Origin: Candidatus Eiseniibacteriota bacterium
GTDB lineage: Bacteria > Eisenbacteria > RBG-16-71-46 > JABDJR01
Direction: 5' to 3'
Assembly: GCA_963762255.1 (NCBI GenBank)
Contig: CAVXKA010000003.1
Span: forward strand, 672,001 to 736,000
Length of the DNA: 64,000 nucleotides
Shown piece after piece: positions 9,583 through 19,809 of this stretch. The position numbers and the translations under genes were made by a program. Numbering within the stretch: the first letter of the stretch is position 1; the number at the start of each line of letters is the position of its first letter. The notes under the pieces were generated by a model. That model was given only the letters and a program-made list of their open reading frames with translations, ran no database searches and was not told the DNA's origin.

Positions 9583-11571
9583 CTATTTGAGCCCCTCCAC
9601 CGCCTGCGCGCGCAGCGCGGCGGCGTCCGCGCGATCGAGGCGATCGAGAATGCCCTCCCAGCGCACCCGAATCCCCTTCGGCTCGGGCGTGCGATCCGCG
9701 AAGAGATCTCGCAGGCCGACCGCAGGATCTCGCAGCAGGCGCTGCATGCGCTCGACTTCCTCGGCGAGGCCCGCCGCGAACGCCTCCACGGAAGCGGCGA
9801 TCTCGGACTCCGGTCGGCCCTGCGCCCGCGCCCGATCCAGATGCCGGCGCACCCTGGCCAGACACTGTGGGAGCTTCGCATCGAGCGGCGTGGTCCAATC
9901 GGCGAAGGAGCCGGTGGTCTCCGCGATGTAGAGACGCTCCGGGAGCCCCGCCGCGTTGAACTGCACCATCTCGTCCCCGTCGTCGAAGTGGAGCCTGCCG
10001 TCACGCGGCGAGGCGCGGCCGATCACCAGGCTCGCCCCCGCGGCGGTACCCAGGAACCGCGTGAGCCGCGGCAGGAATCCGGGACGCCCGTAGCGCGTCG
10101 GAAGGATCTTATCGCTGGCCGTGCCCGGCACGTACTCGCGGTGGAAGAAGAAGACGGGGACGGACGGCCGGCCCACCACATCCTCCTCCAATCGGATCTC
10201 CGAGAACGAAGGGACGGGCACGCCCAGCGCGGTGATCGCACGCAGACGATCGAAGATGTAGTTGCGGTACTCGACGGTTTCGCCTATCGCTTGCTCGGCT
10301 GAGACCCCTTGGTCCAGACGGTGTCGCACATCCCACTTGATCATGCGCACGAGGCGGATGGCCGTGCCGCCCGATTCCTGTTCCAGCACGACGAGGAACA
10401 CCTCGCGCTGCTCGCCGGAGCGATTGCGGGCCGTCTGGGCCGAGGTGACACGGCCCACGTTCACCGCCACGACGCCAGGCCAGGTCTTCAGGAAGTGGTT
10501 GATAAGATGCCGCGCCCGCGGTTCCGCGTTCGGCTCGAAGACCGGCTCGCCGTTCGCCCCGAAGAGGGACCCGCCGTCGAAGCGCGCGCCCGGCAGCCAG
10601 CACACGTTGAGCCGGAACTCGGGGCTCAACCCCAGTGCGTACTCCTCGAGTGTGGTTTCGTCGATGTCGAAGAGCCGGCAGAACATGGTGGTGCGCCAGG
10701 CGAGACAGTTCTCGTCATCCTCGCGCAGCTCGGGCCCCGCCGCTCGCGCGAAGGCGTCGGCGACGTCCTCGAAGAGGCGTTCGGCCTCGGACGCTTCGCG
10801 CGCCGCCATCCCGACGGCCTGCGCGCGCTCCAGCGCGTCGATCACGACGGGCAACCCGCGGGCATCGAGCGCGCACCCTGGTGGAAGGAAGAACCGCAGC
10901 TCGCGCACGCCCTGGCGGTTGAGAAGACCGGTGAGCTCCACGATCTCGCGGAGCCGGGCCAGCGCCTCGGCGGGGTCGCGCCGAACGAGCGGGCGGATGC
11001 GGCTGAATTCCTCATAAGTGAGATAGCGCCCGCCGGTGGGGGCGTTCTGATAGTAGGCGGCGCCGGTGCCGACTTGCACACGGCTCAAGCGGATCTCGCG
11101 GACGATCTCTTCTTCGGATCGCGGTTGCGGGGAGATGCGCCAACTCTCGCCGCGCCGACGCACTTGCTCGCGGACTTCGGCGAGGTGCACGCCGATGAAC
11201 TGGATCCGCTCCTTGGGAAGGAGCCGCTGGAGCATCTCGTCGCTCGCGAAGCACCGTTCCATCCGTCCGGGGTCGCAGCGGATCAACACCACAGGGTCAC
11301 GAATGATGAGGGCGACCGCGTCGGCGTAGACCTCCGCGTCGTCGATCACGGTCTCGCGTTCGAGATAATCCATCATGCGCAACGCCTGCGCGGCGTGGAT
11401 GCCGCGTCCGCTCACGACCGCGTGGAATTGCGGGAAGGCACAGGCGATGGGGCTTTGCGGACGGCCGTCGGCGTCGCGCGAGAAGAAGTCGGGGCCGAGG
11501 AGAACGACGCCGTTCACTTCCCGAGGCTCGTCGGCGGAAGAGGCCGGAGAGGCGTCCGAGGCGGTGCTCAT
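9583..11571 (-). CDS. Hypothetical cytoplasmic protein (662 aa)
   Basis: Long ORF with normal composition, starting 2 nt after the aspartyl protease stop; no family recognised. Confidence 0.75.
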   Translation of the reverse strand: MSTASDASPASSADEPREVNGVVLLGPDFFSRDADGRPQSPIACAFPQFHAVVSGRGIHAAQALRMMDYLERETVIDDAEVYADAVALIIRDPVVLIRCDPGRMERCFASDEMLQRLLPKERIQFIGVHLAEVREQVRRRGESWRISPQPRSEEEIVREIRLSRVQVGTGAAYYQNAPTGGRYLTYEEFSRIRPLVRRDPAEALARLREIVELTGLLNRQGVRELRFFLPPGCALDARGLPVVIDALERAQAVGMAAREASEAERLFEDVADAFARAAGPELREDDENCLAWRTTMFCRLFDIDETTLEEYALGLSPEFRLNVCWLPGARFDGGSLFGANGEPVFEPNAEPRARHLINHFLKTWPGVVAVNVGRVTSAQTARNRSGEQREVFLVVLEQESGGTAIRLVRMIKWDVRHRLDQGVSAEQAIGETVEYRNYIFDRLRAITALGVPVPSFSEIRLEEDVVGRPSVPVFFFHREYVPGTASDKILPTRYGRPGFLPRLTRFLGTAAGASLVIGRASPRDGRLHFDDGDEMVQFNAAGLPERLYIAETTGSFADWTTPLDAKLPQCLARVRRHLDRARAQGRPESEIAASVEAFAAGLAEEVERMQRLLRDPAVGLRDLFADRTPEPKGIRVRWEGILDRLDRADAAALRAQAVEGLK

Positions 11572-11572
11572 C

Positions 11573-12478
11573 CTATCGCAAGGCCTTCACGTACAGCCGC
11601 TCCGCACCGTAGTCGAAGATGCAGTTGAACCGGCGGAGGAGTCCGTTACCGATCACCGCATCCGCCCCGGGCTGTTTGGATCGCACTGCAGCCGGCGTGA
11701 AGGCGACCTCCAGGTCGCTCACGCGTCGCGGGCCCAGACCCACCCAGGCGATGCGGCCGCGCTGCCCCTGGATGTCGCCGCTCAAGCCCCGCCCAAGATG
11801 GACATCCTCGAGGCTGTCCGGCAGGGTGAACTTCATGCCGTCCCGGGTGAGGAACTCCACGGTCTCGCTGGACGCGAGGTCGATATAGCAGGAGAGAGTC
11901 TCGACATCCGCTCCGCCGATGCTCGTCCTGATCTCCGTCCAGGGAATCCGGTTCTCCTTGAACGTGAGCGGCAGCTCCGTCCAGGTGGAATCGGGGCGAC
12001 CGCCTCCCGAGGGGCGCAGCGCGATTTCCATGAGGTCGTAGTCGATCTCCACCGCATACGATCCGAAGAGCGAGTGCCCGCATACGCCGTCCGACGAGAA
12101 TCCCTTCATCGCGTCGCCTTCGAGGATGATGACGCGCTGACGTTCGAAGGGGACGTCTCCCACCTGGAAGGACATCGAGTCGGCCACGAGGGCGGTCTGA
12201 GGCGGGCCTGACCCCGCGCCACCCATGCTGGCCTGGAACGGGTTTCGAAGCTCGATGCTATCGGCAAGCGCGCTGTTGTAGATCAGCACCCCGTCGAACG
12301 CCATGCCGCTATCGAGGATGATGCTCAGGGGGCGGGATCCGCCGACCGTCACCGGCAGGAGAATCTTGTTCGCACGCACTGTGAAAGAAATGCGCGGAAG
12401 CGAGCCGACGTCGATCGGCTGCGCGGCGGACATCGTCGTCGCGAGCAGAGCCAGAGTCAGGAGAATCGCGCGAAGCAT
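11573..12478 (-). CDS. Secreted double retropepsin-like aspartyl protease
   Basis: Signal peptide; IILDSG motif, second lobe YIDLAS, GxxG/IG..LL motifs, FDY C-terminus. Confidence 0.8.
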   Translation of the reverse strand: MLRAILLTLALLATTMSAAQPIDVGSLPRISFTVRANKILLPVTVGGSRPLSIILDSGMAFDGVLIYNSALADSIELRNPFQASMGGAGSGPPQTALVADSMSFQVGDVPFERQRVIILEGDAMKGFSSDGVCGHSLFGSYAVEIDYDLMEIALRPSGGGRPDSTWTELPLTFKENRIPWTEIRTSIGGADVETLSCYIDLASSETVEFLTRDGMKFTLPDSLEDVHLGRGLSGDIQGQRGRIAWVGLGPRRVSDLEVAFTPAAVRSKQPGADAVIGNGLLRRFNCIFDYGAERLYVKALR

Positions 12479-12532
12479 GACGGGGTCAGCATACCTCTCC
12501 GGAGGCGATTGGCGCGACGGCTACCGGAGCCG

Positions 12533-15275
12533 TCAGCGCACCAGCACCATCCGGCGGGACTCGATTCCACGATCGGTTTGGATGCTGTAGAAGTACATGC
12601 CTCCCGCGGCGGGGCGCCCCGAGGCGTCGCGCCCGTCCCAGCTCACGCTGTGGGCTCCCGCCGGCATCCGCTCGGAGAGGATTTCCTTCACCAGCCGCCC
12701 CTGAAGGTCGTAGACCAGGATCGTCGCGTTGCTCTCGGCCGCGAGTTCGAAGGCGATGGTCGTGCTGGCCGCGAACGGGTTGGGCATGTTCCGGAGCAGG
12801 TGCACGGACAGCGGCTCGGTGTCGCCGACCCCGCCCTGGACCCCGTACATGGCGGCCACGAAGTCGGGCCGGTCGATGAACGGGTTCCGGTTCGCCTGGA
12901 AACCGTAGATCACCTGGTTCCGCTCCCGCTCCTTCTCGCTCACCGGATCCTGCAGGTGCCACTCGATGAGCATGTTCTGCGCCCAGGGGAGGAGGGTGCA
13001 GCCGTCGGTCATGTCGCTCCCCGGCCACGAGCCATCCTCTGTGTAATAGCGCGCGGTCATATAGAAGTAGGTCCGCGCGAAGTCCCCCTTGTAGGCGTCG
13101 ATGGGCTCGAACACGGTGCCGGTGTAACCGGGATAGGTGTTCGGCCCTCGCTTGCAGCCGTTCTGGGAGGTGTAGGTGGGTGAGGACACTTCGCCGTAGG
13201 GATAGTTGCTACGGATGCCGTTCACGTAGATGTCGGTGGGATAGAGCTGGAAGAGATCCGAGTACATCGGGGAGGCGTCCCCGAACCAGCTCTTGGGCCA
13301 GGAGTGCTCGCGATTGTAGCCGTCCCCCTCGCCGTCGGCCGACCCTCCTTCGTCGGTGCCGAAGGTGTACTCATAGGGAGGCGTGCCACCGGGCACGTCG
13401 GAGTACATGTCCCATACCTTGCCGTTGGCCTTGTTGTCGGTGGTGTAGAAGGCGGTGAACGCGTAGTCGTAGCTCCTGACGGTGTGATTGTCGATGATCA
13501 GGTGGAGCGCCATGCGCAGATCCTGCCCGCTGAGGCCTTCGGCACTGGCGTAGTAGCCGGCAGGCGGACTGTAGGCGCTGACGTCGAAGTTGTCCGTCGC
13601 GCCGATCATCGCGTTGTCGTAGGGATCCTCGACGCCCGTGATGGTAAGTGTGTAGGTGCCGGTGCCCATGGTGTTGACGCTCAACAGAACCTGATCGGGC
13701 ACTCCGGGCACCACCTGCGCGGTGAGAATGGTCACGCCGGGGATGGAGTAGTAGGCCTTCGTCGCCGCGGTGGTCGGATCCAACGGTTCCGAGAAGTCGA
13801 CACGGATCGAGGTCAGGCCCTCGGCCGCGGCCTGGAGAAGAAGCGGCGCAAACGTGTCCCCTGCCCAGACGATGTCGCCCGCGCTGCGCGGCTCGAGCTT
13901 GAACTGTCCGCTGGAGTAGCCCACCGGCCCGGTCACGTTGTAGCGCGTGCCTCGAATCGGCGTCGAGTTGTACCCCCGCTCGCCGACCCGGGCTGTGCCG
14001 CTTCCGTCGTTGATAGCCCACTCCCCCGCACCCAGTTCGACGGTCGTGCACTGCGCGTTCGACACGGCCACCAGCACGCCCTCGTAGGCCTCGGAGACGG
14101 TGGCGACGGTGGTGAGTGCGATCGGCGCCGGCGGGCTGACCGCGGCGTACGGCGCTCAGCACGGTCGCGCCGGAGAGAACCGTGTTGCCGTCGAGGCCCG
14201 AGCCATACGCCTCGGTCACCGTGCCCTGCACGATGACGGTGTCCCCGACCGAAGGAGCCGTCGCGCCGACCGCCCAGAGCCCGTGCCACGCCGCCGCCGC
14301 GTCTTGCAGCACGTAGATCGTGCCGTACACCGAGGTGACCACGCCGCTTGTCATGACGGACGACCCGGCGTAGGGAGAGACCGATGCTTGTCCCTGGATG
14401 GCGTAAATCGAAACCGGGGTGCCGAGGCTGTAGCTCGCCTGAGGCGAGATCGTAGAGGCAGGCACGTTATTGGCGGCCTCGATCGTGTAGTAGACCGTCG
14501 CGCCGCCTGCCTGCGCGGGAATGGCGCTGTTGGTTCGGTAGGTGCTCCCCGACTGCAGCGACATCGTGATGGTGTTGGGCAGAGTACCCGAAGAGGTTCC
14601 CCAGTGTGCAACCACCGAGGTGATCGTGGCCGCACCGTCGGTGACGTCGGCCAGCAGGTTCACGGTCTGCCCGACGAGAGGGGAAGCGGGATCGGTGACG
14701 ACGTTGGCGATCGCGGGACCGGTCGGAGGCGGGGTGCCGTGGGTGCCGGGGGTGCCCTGCGTCGGATAATCGATGGCGGTACCGGTCCACTGCGAGGGGA
14801 TGTACGTGGTGCTCGGCGAGGTCACGCCCGCGTTGCGGACGTAGTCCATGTTCTCGAATCGTGTCCCGTCGACGACCACGTAGTCGATGAGGGTCGCACC
14901 GTTGTAGAGCTTCGCTCCGTCGCCGACGTTGCCATTCCAGGTGCTATTGCTCGTGGACCACGCCTCGAGAGGGAAATCGACGGGGAAGGAAACCGTGAGG
15001 GTCTGATCCCCCATGACCAAGGCGTCCCCGGGCTGGATCGTCCCCGAGAGAGTCCAGGTGAAAATGTTGACGGTGTTCCCTACCGCAACCAGGGTCCAGC
15101 CGGTCAGGTCCACCGGCGCGGCCCCGGTGTTGGCGATCTCGATGAACCGGTCGGTGAGGTAGTTGAGACGGGGATCCGCCAGCTCGGAAATGATGACCGC
15201 CGCCTGGGCCGGAGCGAACGCGGGGGTGACGGCGAGGAGGAGAACCAGGAACCCGAGGACGGCTGCAAGTCTCAT
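12533..15275 (-). CDS. Extracellular endonuclease I family protein (LTD, Ig-like, OB folds, His-Me nuclease, FlgD-Ig CTD); frameshift near 14145
   Basis: ORFs 13371-15287 and 12533-14077 join to give a paralog of 19806-22814; NREHSWPKSW, KGDFARTYFYM, ANRNPFIDRP. Confidence 0.85.
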
Positions 15276-15412
15276 TGGGTGCAACACCTATTCGATTGTG
15301 AGTTGGGCAGTAGAGCGGTTTGCTGGCGACCGGCCCCGAAAACGTCCACGATGGGAGCGGCAACAATTCTACCACGGAACGGGGCCAACCCCAACGACAG
15401 GTTGCGGTGGAG

Positions 15413-15452
15413 GAAATGAAACGGGGCGCAGCGAACGAGTCGCTGCGCCCCG
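15413..15452 (-). terminator. Rho-independent terminator
   Basis: CGGGGCGCAGCGA / TCGCTGCGCCCCG stem followed by TTTCATTT on the minus strand. Confidence 0.75.
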
Positions 15453-15475
15453 GATCGGGAATCTATGGAACAGCT

Positions 15476-16183
15476 CTAGCGCTGACCCTGCTTGATCTGA
15501 CCCCAGGTCCGCTTCTCGGTCGGGGTGGCCGGATCCAGGTCCAGCTTCGTGTCCGAGAGACCGAAGTAGCCCTGGGCCTGCTGGGCCGCAGGGACCTGCC
15601 CCGTGCAGACGCTGAAGAGACCCGGCGCCAGACCACCGAACCCGATGCCACCGGCGCTCACCCGCGAGAACAGCGAGCCACCGGTGAACTGGAACCCGGC
15701 GGTCTGAGTACCCGCGCAGCTAATCGCCAGCGTGGTCAGGTGGAAGCCCGACAGCGAGGCCTGGAGAATCATCGTCCCGTTCATGAAGGTCGCAGGATTC
15801 GCGAAGTCGGCGTCCAAGGACGGATCCGCGTAGACCTCGAGCACGCCGCCCGAGTAGTCCGTGTCGTAGACCGCAGTCAGGCCGCTTCCCGACACCACCG
15901 TGCCCAGAGACACGAGGTTCCGATACACGTAGGTGTACTCGACCGCCGGATCGTTGGGATCGAGGTCATCGAACGGGGAGTTGAAGCCGACCACATGTCC
16001 GACGATGAGCAGGACATCCCCTGCGGTGGAGATGTTGTCATCCACCATGCGGGCGTCCTCTTTGGCGTATCCCGTGCCGAAGTCCACGATGGGGTTGACA
16101 AAGGCCACCGTCGGCGCTGCGAAGACCATGGCCAGCCCCGCGACGACGATCAGCGAAAGCACGTTGCGATAGATGCGGTTCAT
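15476..16183 (-). CDS. Secreted hypothetical protein with C-terminal TWGxIK tail
   Basis: Signal peptide, GGAGG RBS, beta-rich body, ends PTEKRTWGQIKQGQR. Confidence 0.8.
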   Translation of the reverse strand: MNRIYRNVLSLIVVAGLAMVFAAPTVAFVNPIVDFGTGYAKEDARMVDDNISTAGDVLLIVGHVVGFNSPFDDLDPNDPAVEYTYVYRNLVSLGTVVSGSGLTAVYDTDYSGGVLEVYADPSLDADFANPATFMNGTMILQASLSGFHLTTLAISCAGTQTAGFQFTGGSLFSRVSAGGIGFGGLAPGLFSVCTGQVPAAQQAQGYFGLSDTKLDLDPATPTEKRTWGQIKQGQR

Positions 16184-16187
16184 GTGA

Positions 16188-16892
16188 CTACCTCCCTCCC
16201 AACTGTTTGATCCGACCCCAGGTGGTCCTTTCCACAGGCACGGCGTCCGGGATGAACACCTGGCCGTCGAGCTGCCAGATGTACCCCTCCGGGCCCGCCG
16301 GGGGCAGGTACTGCATGCCGGCGATGAAGAGCGACATCGAGCGCTGAGCCATCGGGATGTTGCCGAGCTGGGTGCCGCGGCTGAAGTCCAGATTGCCGCT
16401 GATGGACCCGTTGCCCGTGACCAGGTCGACCCAGATCACGATGTTGGAGGTGAAGTCACCGCCGAGCAGGTTCTCGCCGTCTTCAAAGGTGAGATGGGAA
16501 ACGTTCGGAGGATTGGGACCGTAGACGGCGGGGGTGCCGGTGGCGATCGGGTCGGCGAAGACGTCGAAAGAGCCGCCGGTGAAGAAGTGGAAGACGTTCG
16601 TTCCAACCGTGTCGGAACTCACATGGCACATGTGCTGCAGCACGAAGGTGTTCTCGTCGTTAGCGAAGTCGACAGTGAGATAGGTGGGGTTCACCGAGTT
16701 CACGAAACCCTGGGCCCAGTAGCAGCTGCCGGGCTCTCCGAGGTTTGCCGGAGGATCGTTGATGGTGGGGCCGAATGCGGCGAAGTCAAAGCCTTCGAAA
16801 TCCAACAGGAAGACGTCGGCTCCCGCTCCTGTGGCCAGCCCGAGGCTGAGCACGACCACCAGAAGCGGAATGCGGTAGCGAAGGGAATGCAT
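16188..16892 (-). CDS. Secreted hypothetical protein with C-terminal TWGxIK tail (distant paralog of neighbour)
   Basis: Signal peptide, GGAGG RBS, GGSFDVFADP versus neighbour's GGVLEVYADP; ends PVERTTWGRIKQLGGR. Confidence 0.8.
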   Translation of the reverse strand: MHSLRYRIPLLVVVLSLGLATGAGADVFLLDFEGFDFAAFGPTINDPPANLGEPGSCYWAQGFVNSVNPTYLTVDFANDENTFVLQHMCHVSSDTVGTNVFHFFTGGSFDVFADPIATGTPAVYGPNPPNVSHLTFEDGENLLGGDFTSNIVIWVDLVTGNGSISGNLDFSRGTQLGNIPMAQRSMSLFIAGMQYLPPAGPEGYIWQLDGQVFIPDAVPVERTTWGRIKQLGGR

Positions 16893-17066
16893 CGAGACCT
16901 CCTTAGCGGAAGCTTTTCCGTGTCGCGAGTAGAGCAGGGAGCTAGTGCGGCGACGGCTGTGCGAAACGGGACTTTCGTATTCTAGCGTTCTAACGCCCTG
17001 TGAGCCAAGAAGACTTGTTCACTCGTCTTACTTTTCGGACGACTTTGCGCAGAAATCTCCTGTGTG

Positions 17067-17137
17067 AGTTGACCGCGGTCAAGTCGACGGGGGCGACGGA
17101 CGCCGGTAGTCGTCGCAAGTTGACCGCGGTCAAGTCG
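17067..17137. promoter_or_regulatory. Two identical 20-bp sites containing the palindrome TTGACCGCGGTCAA (FNR/CRP-family-like box)
   Basis: AGTTGACCGCGGTCAAGTCG at 17067-17086 and 17118-17137, upstream of the 16892 gene. Confidence 0.55.
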
Positions 17138-17150
17138 GCGGAGCGGCGGC

Positions 17151-18682
17151 CTACCTACCCGCGGCCAGGAGAGGACCGATGAGCAGGTACGTGAGCCCGG
17201 TGATGAGCAGGATGCCGCTGAGGTTGAGCCAGATACCGGCTCTCATCATCTGCGGCATTCGGACGAGCCCGGTTCCGAAGACGATGGCATTGGGCGGCGT
17301 CCCTACCGGCATCATGAACGCGCAGCTCGCGGCGATCGTCGCGGGCAGGAGCAGAAGCCCCGGCGGCACACCCAATACCGGTGCCAGGGCGGCGAGGATG
17401 GGCAGCATCGTCGCCACCTGCGCCGTATTCGAAGTCAGCTCGGACATGAAAACCATCAGCGCGATGACAACGAACACCACGGCCATCACCGGCCAGCCCG
17501 AGAAGCCGCGGGCGAGGCTGCCTATGAATTGGCCCACGCCGTTCGCTTCGGTCGCCGCGGCGAGCGCCAACCCGCCGCCGAACAAGATGAGCACCCCCCA
17601 CGGCAGCCTGACGGCGCTGTTCCAATCGCTGACGAAGAGGCGTCGCTCGCGATCCACCGGAATGATGAACAGCGTGATCGCCGCCGCGACGGCGATCACC
17701 GCATCCGACAGGTTGGCAAGAGGGGCGATGCCGCCGACCTTGATGCCGACCAGCAGCGGGCGGAAGACCCACAGGAACACCGCGACGGCGAATACGATCA
17801 TCGTCGCGCGCTCGCCGCGGTTCAGGGGGCCGAGCTTGCCGATCTCGTCCCTGACCCACGCCCGCCCGCCCTCGATCTCGCTGACCCGCATCGGAAAGAG
17901 CACGCGCGCGTTGAGGAACCAGGCAAGCGGCAGGAACAGCAGCATCGCCGGAATGCCCACCAGCATCCACTTCAGGAACGACACCTCGACACCGTACGTC
18001 TGCGCGTAGAACCGCACGAAGATGCCGTTGGGCGGCGAGCCGATGATCGTGCCCAGCCCGCCGATGGATGCCGCATACGCCACGCCCAGGAGCAACGACA
18101 GCGCCAGATTCCGGTCGGCGACGTCATCCCGCGGGATGCCGCCGTGCTCGGCCAGCGTCTTGCCCGTGCGTCGCGTGAGCGACAGGTCGATGATCGACAG
18201 AGCGATCGGCACCATCATCGCCGCCGTCGCTGTGTTCGACACCCACATGCTGATGAAGGCGGTGGCGCCCATGATGCCGCCGACGATCGCCGCCGGCCGC
18301 GTGCCGACCCACTTCAGCGTCTGGAACGCGATGCGGCGGTCGAGGCCCCAGCGCTGAATCGCGAGAGCGAGGACGAACCCGCCGAGGAAGAGGTAGATGA
18401 CGTCGGACCCGTAATTCGCCGTCGTCTTGGCGAGCGGCATGATGCCGAGCATCGGGAAGGCGACGATGGGGAGCAGCGAGGTGACTTCGATCTCGACCGC
18501 CTCGGTCATCCACCAGGTCGCCATCCAGACCAGCATCCGAGCGTCGCCCGCGTGGCGTGCCCGAGCGGCACGGGCTCGCCCGCCGCGTCGCGGTACTCGG
18601 CGGGCAGCACGAAATAGAGGATCAGCGCGAGGCAGGGCCCCGCAGCGAGCCCGATCTGACGCACCCGTTGCTGCAGGTCCAT
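17151..18682 (-). CDS. SLC13/DASS family Na+-coupled dicarboxylate/sulfate transporter; frameshift near 18538
   Basis: WWMTEAV, SMWVSNTAT, GSPPN, SELTSNTA, AFMMPVGTPPNAI; N-terminus MDLQQRV lies in another frame. Confidence 0.88.
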
Positions 18683-18684
18683 CG

Positions 18685-19809
18685 TCAACCGCCTCGTTTC
18701 CAGATTGCGGGGCGCTCGACGTCCCCTTCTGCGGTGAGCCAGGCGCCGGCCGCCCAGACCGATCCGTCGGGCGCTTCGGCAAGCCGGTTGATGCGCGCCG
18801 AGGTGAAGGTGGCCTCCCGAGCGGCCGTTCCCCCTGCGGGCCACCGCAGGATGTAGCCGTTTCCCCGGCCGCAAGCGAGATAGGTCGTGCCGTCGGTGGC
18901 GAGGAGGATGTCGTTGACGGCTTCGAGCTCGTCCGCGCGCGGCAGCACGATCTCCGCCCAATCACCGCTTGTCGAGCGCAGCAAGAGCGACGCGGTGTAG
19001 ACCGATGCCCCGCCCGAAAAGTCCGTGATCGATCCGCCGAGTAGGATGGCTCCCGAGGCGCTCACCGTCACCGCCTCGAACTCGCGGTTGGAACATCCGC
19101 CGCACCCCGCGTCGATCCGTTCCCAGCCCGCGCCGTCGTCCACGAAGAGCACGCGGCTCGGGAACTCGGGGCTTCCGTCGCCGGCGTCGTCGAAACCACA
19201 CGCGGCCCAGTGACCGTTGCGAGCGGCGATGTCCTGGATGCCGCGTTCCCCCGTGCCCGGGGGAAAAGGCAAGGACTCCGGAGTCCAGACGTCGGCGGAC
19301 GTGCTGATCCTCACTTGCTGGTTGGCGGCGGCGGCCCCTCCCAATCGAAGCGTGTTTCCGCTCGCCGCGAAGGCCTCCGGTCCAAAGGCGCCGTCGTGTC
19401 GGCTCCACCCGCCCCGCTCATCGAGGATGAACCCCTCTCCCGACGTCGCGTCCGCACCAGCGACGATGGCCTCCCCGGCGGGGGTCATGCCGACGACGGT
19501 GAGGATTCCATTTGATGGGAGGGGGACTCCCGAGACGGGAGCCCACGCGCCGTCCGCTTGGCGCGAGGCGAGGAACGGCGTAAAGGCCTGATGCGGCGCG
19601 ACACCGGACGCGGTGGCTCCGGCCGCCAAGCCCCGCGTCGACGAGAACGCGATGTCGAGGAACGCGGAGCCCTGCGGGGCATCGATGAGTGCCACCTCGT
19701 CCCATGGGCCGGCGGGGTCGGGCCGCGATGCGTCCTTCTCGCATGACGCGAAAAGCGCGGCGGATGCGAGGAGTGCGATGCAGAGCGTCGAGCGAAGTCG
19801 CTGGTTCAT
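18685..19809 (-). CDS. Hypothetical lipoprotein, beta-propeller-like
   Basis: Lipobox LFASC; repeated ...GxW strand motifs; CGGC. Confidence 0.7.
   Translation of the reverse strand: MNQRLRSTLCIALLASAALFASCEKDASRPDPAGPWDEVALIDAPQGSAFLDIAFSSTRGLAAGATASGVAPHQAFTPFLASRQADGAWAPVSGVPLPSNGILTVVGMTPAGEAIVAGADATSGEGFILDERGGWSRHDGAFGPEAFAASGNTLRLGGAAAANQQVRISTSADVWTPESLPFPPGTGERGIQDIAARNGHWAACGFDDAGDGSPEFPSRVLFVDDGAGWERIDAGCGGCSNREFEAVTVSASGAILLGGSITDFSGGASVYTASLLLRSTSGDWAEIVLPRADELEAVNDILLATDGTTYLACGRGNGYILRWPAGGTAAREATFTSARINRLAEAPDGSVWAAGAWLTAEGDVERPAIWKRGG

Noticed and set aside
14100-14160. Endonuclease split into two genes
   Set aside because: The two frames join into one protein collinear with the intact paralog at 19806-22814.
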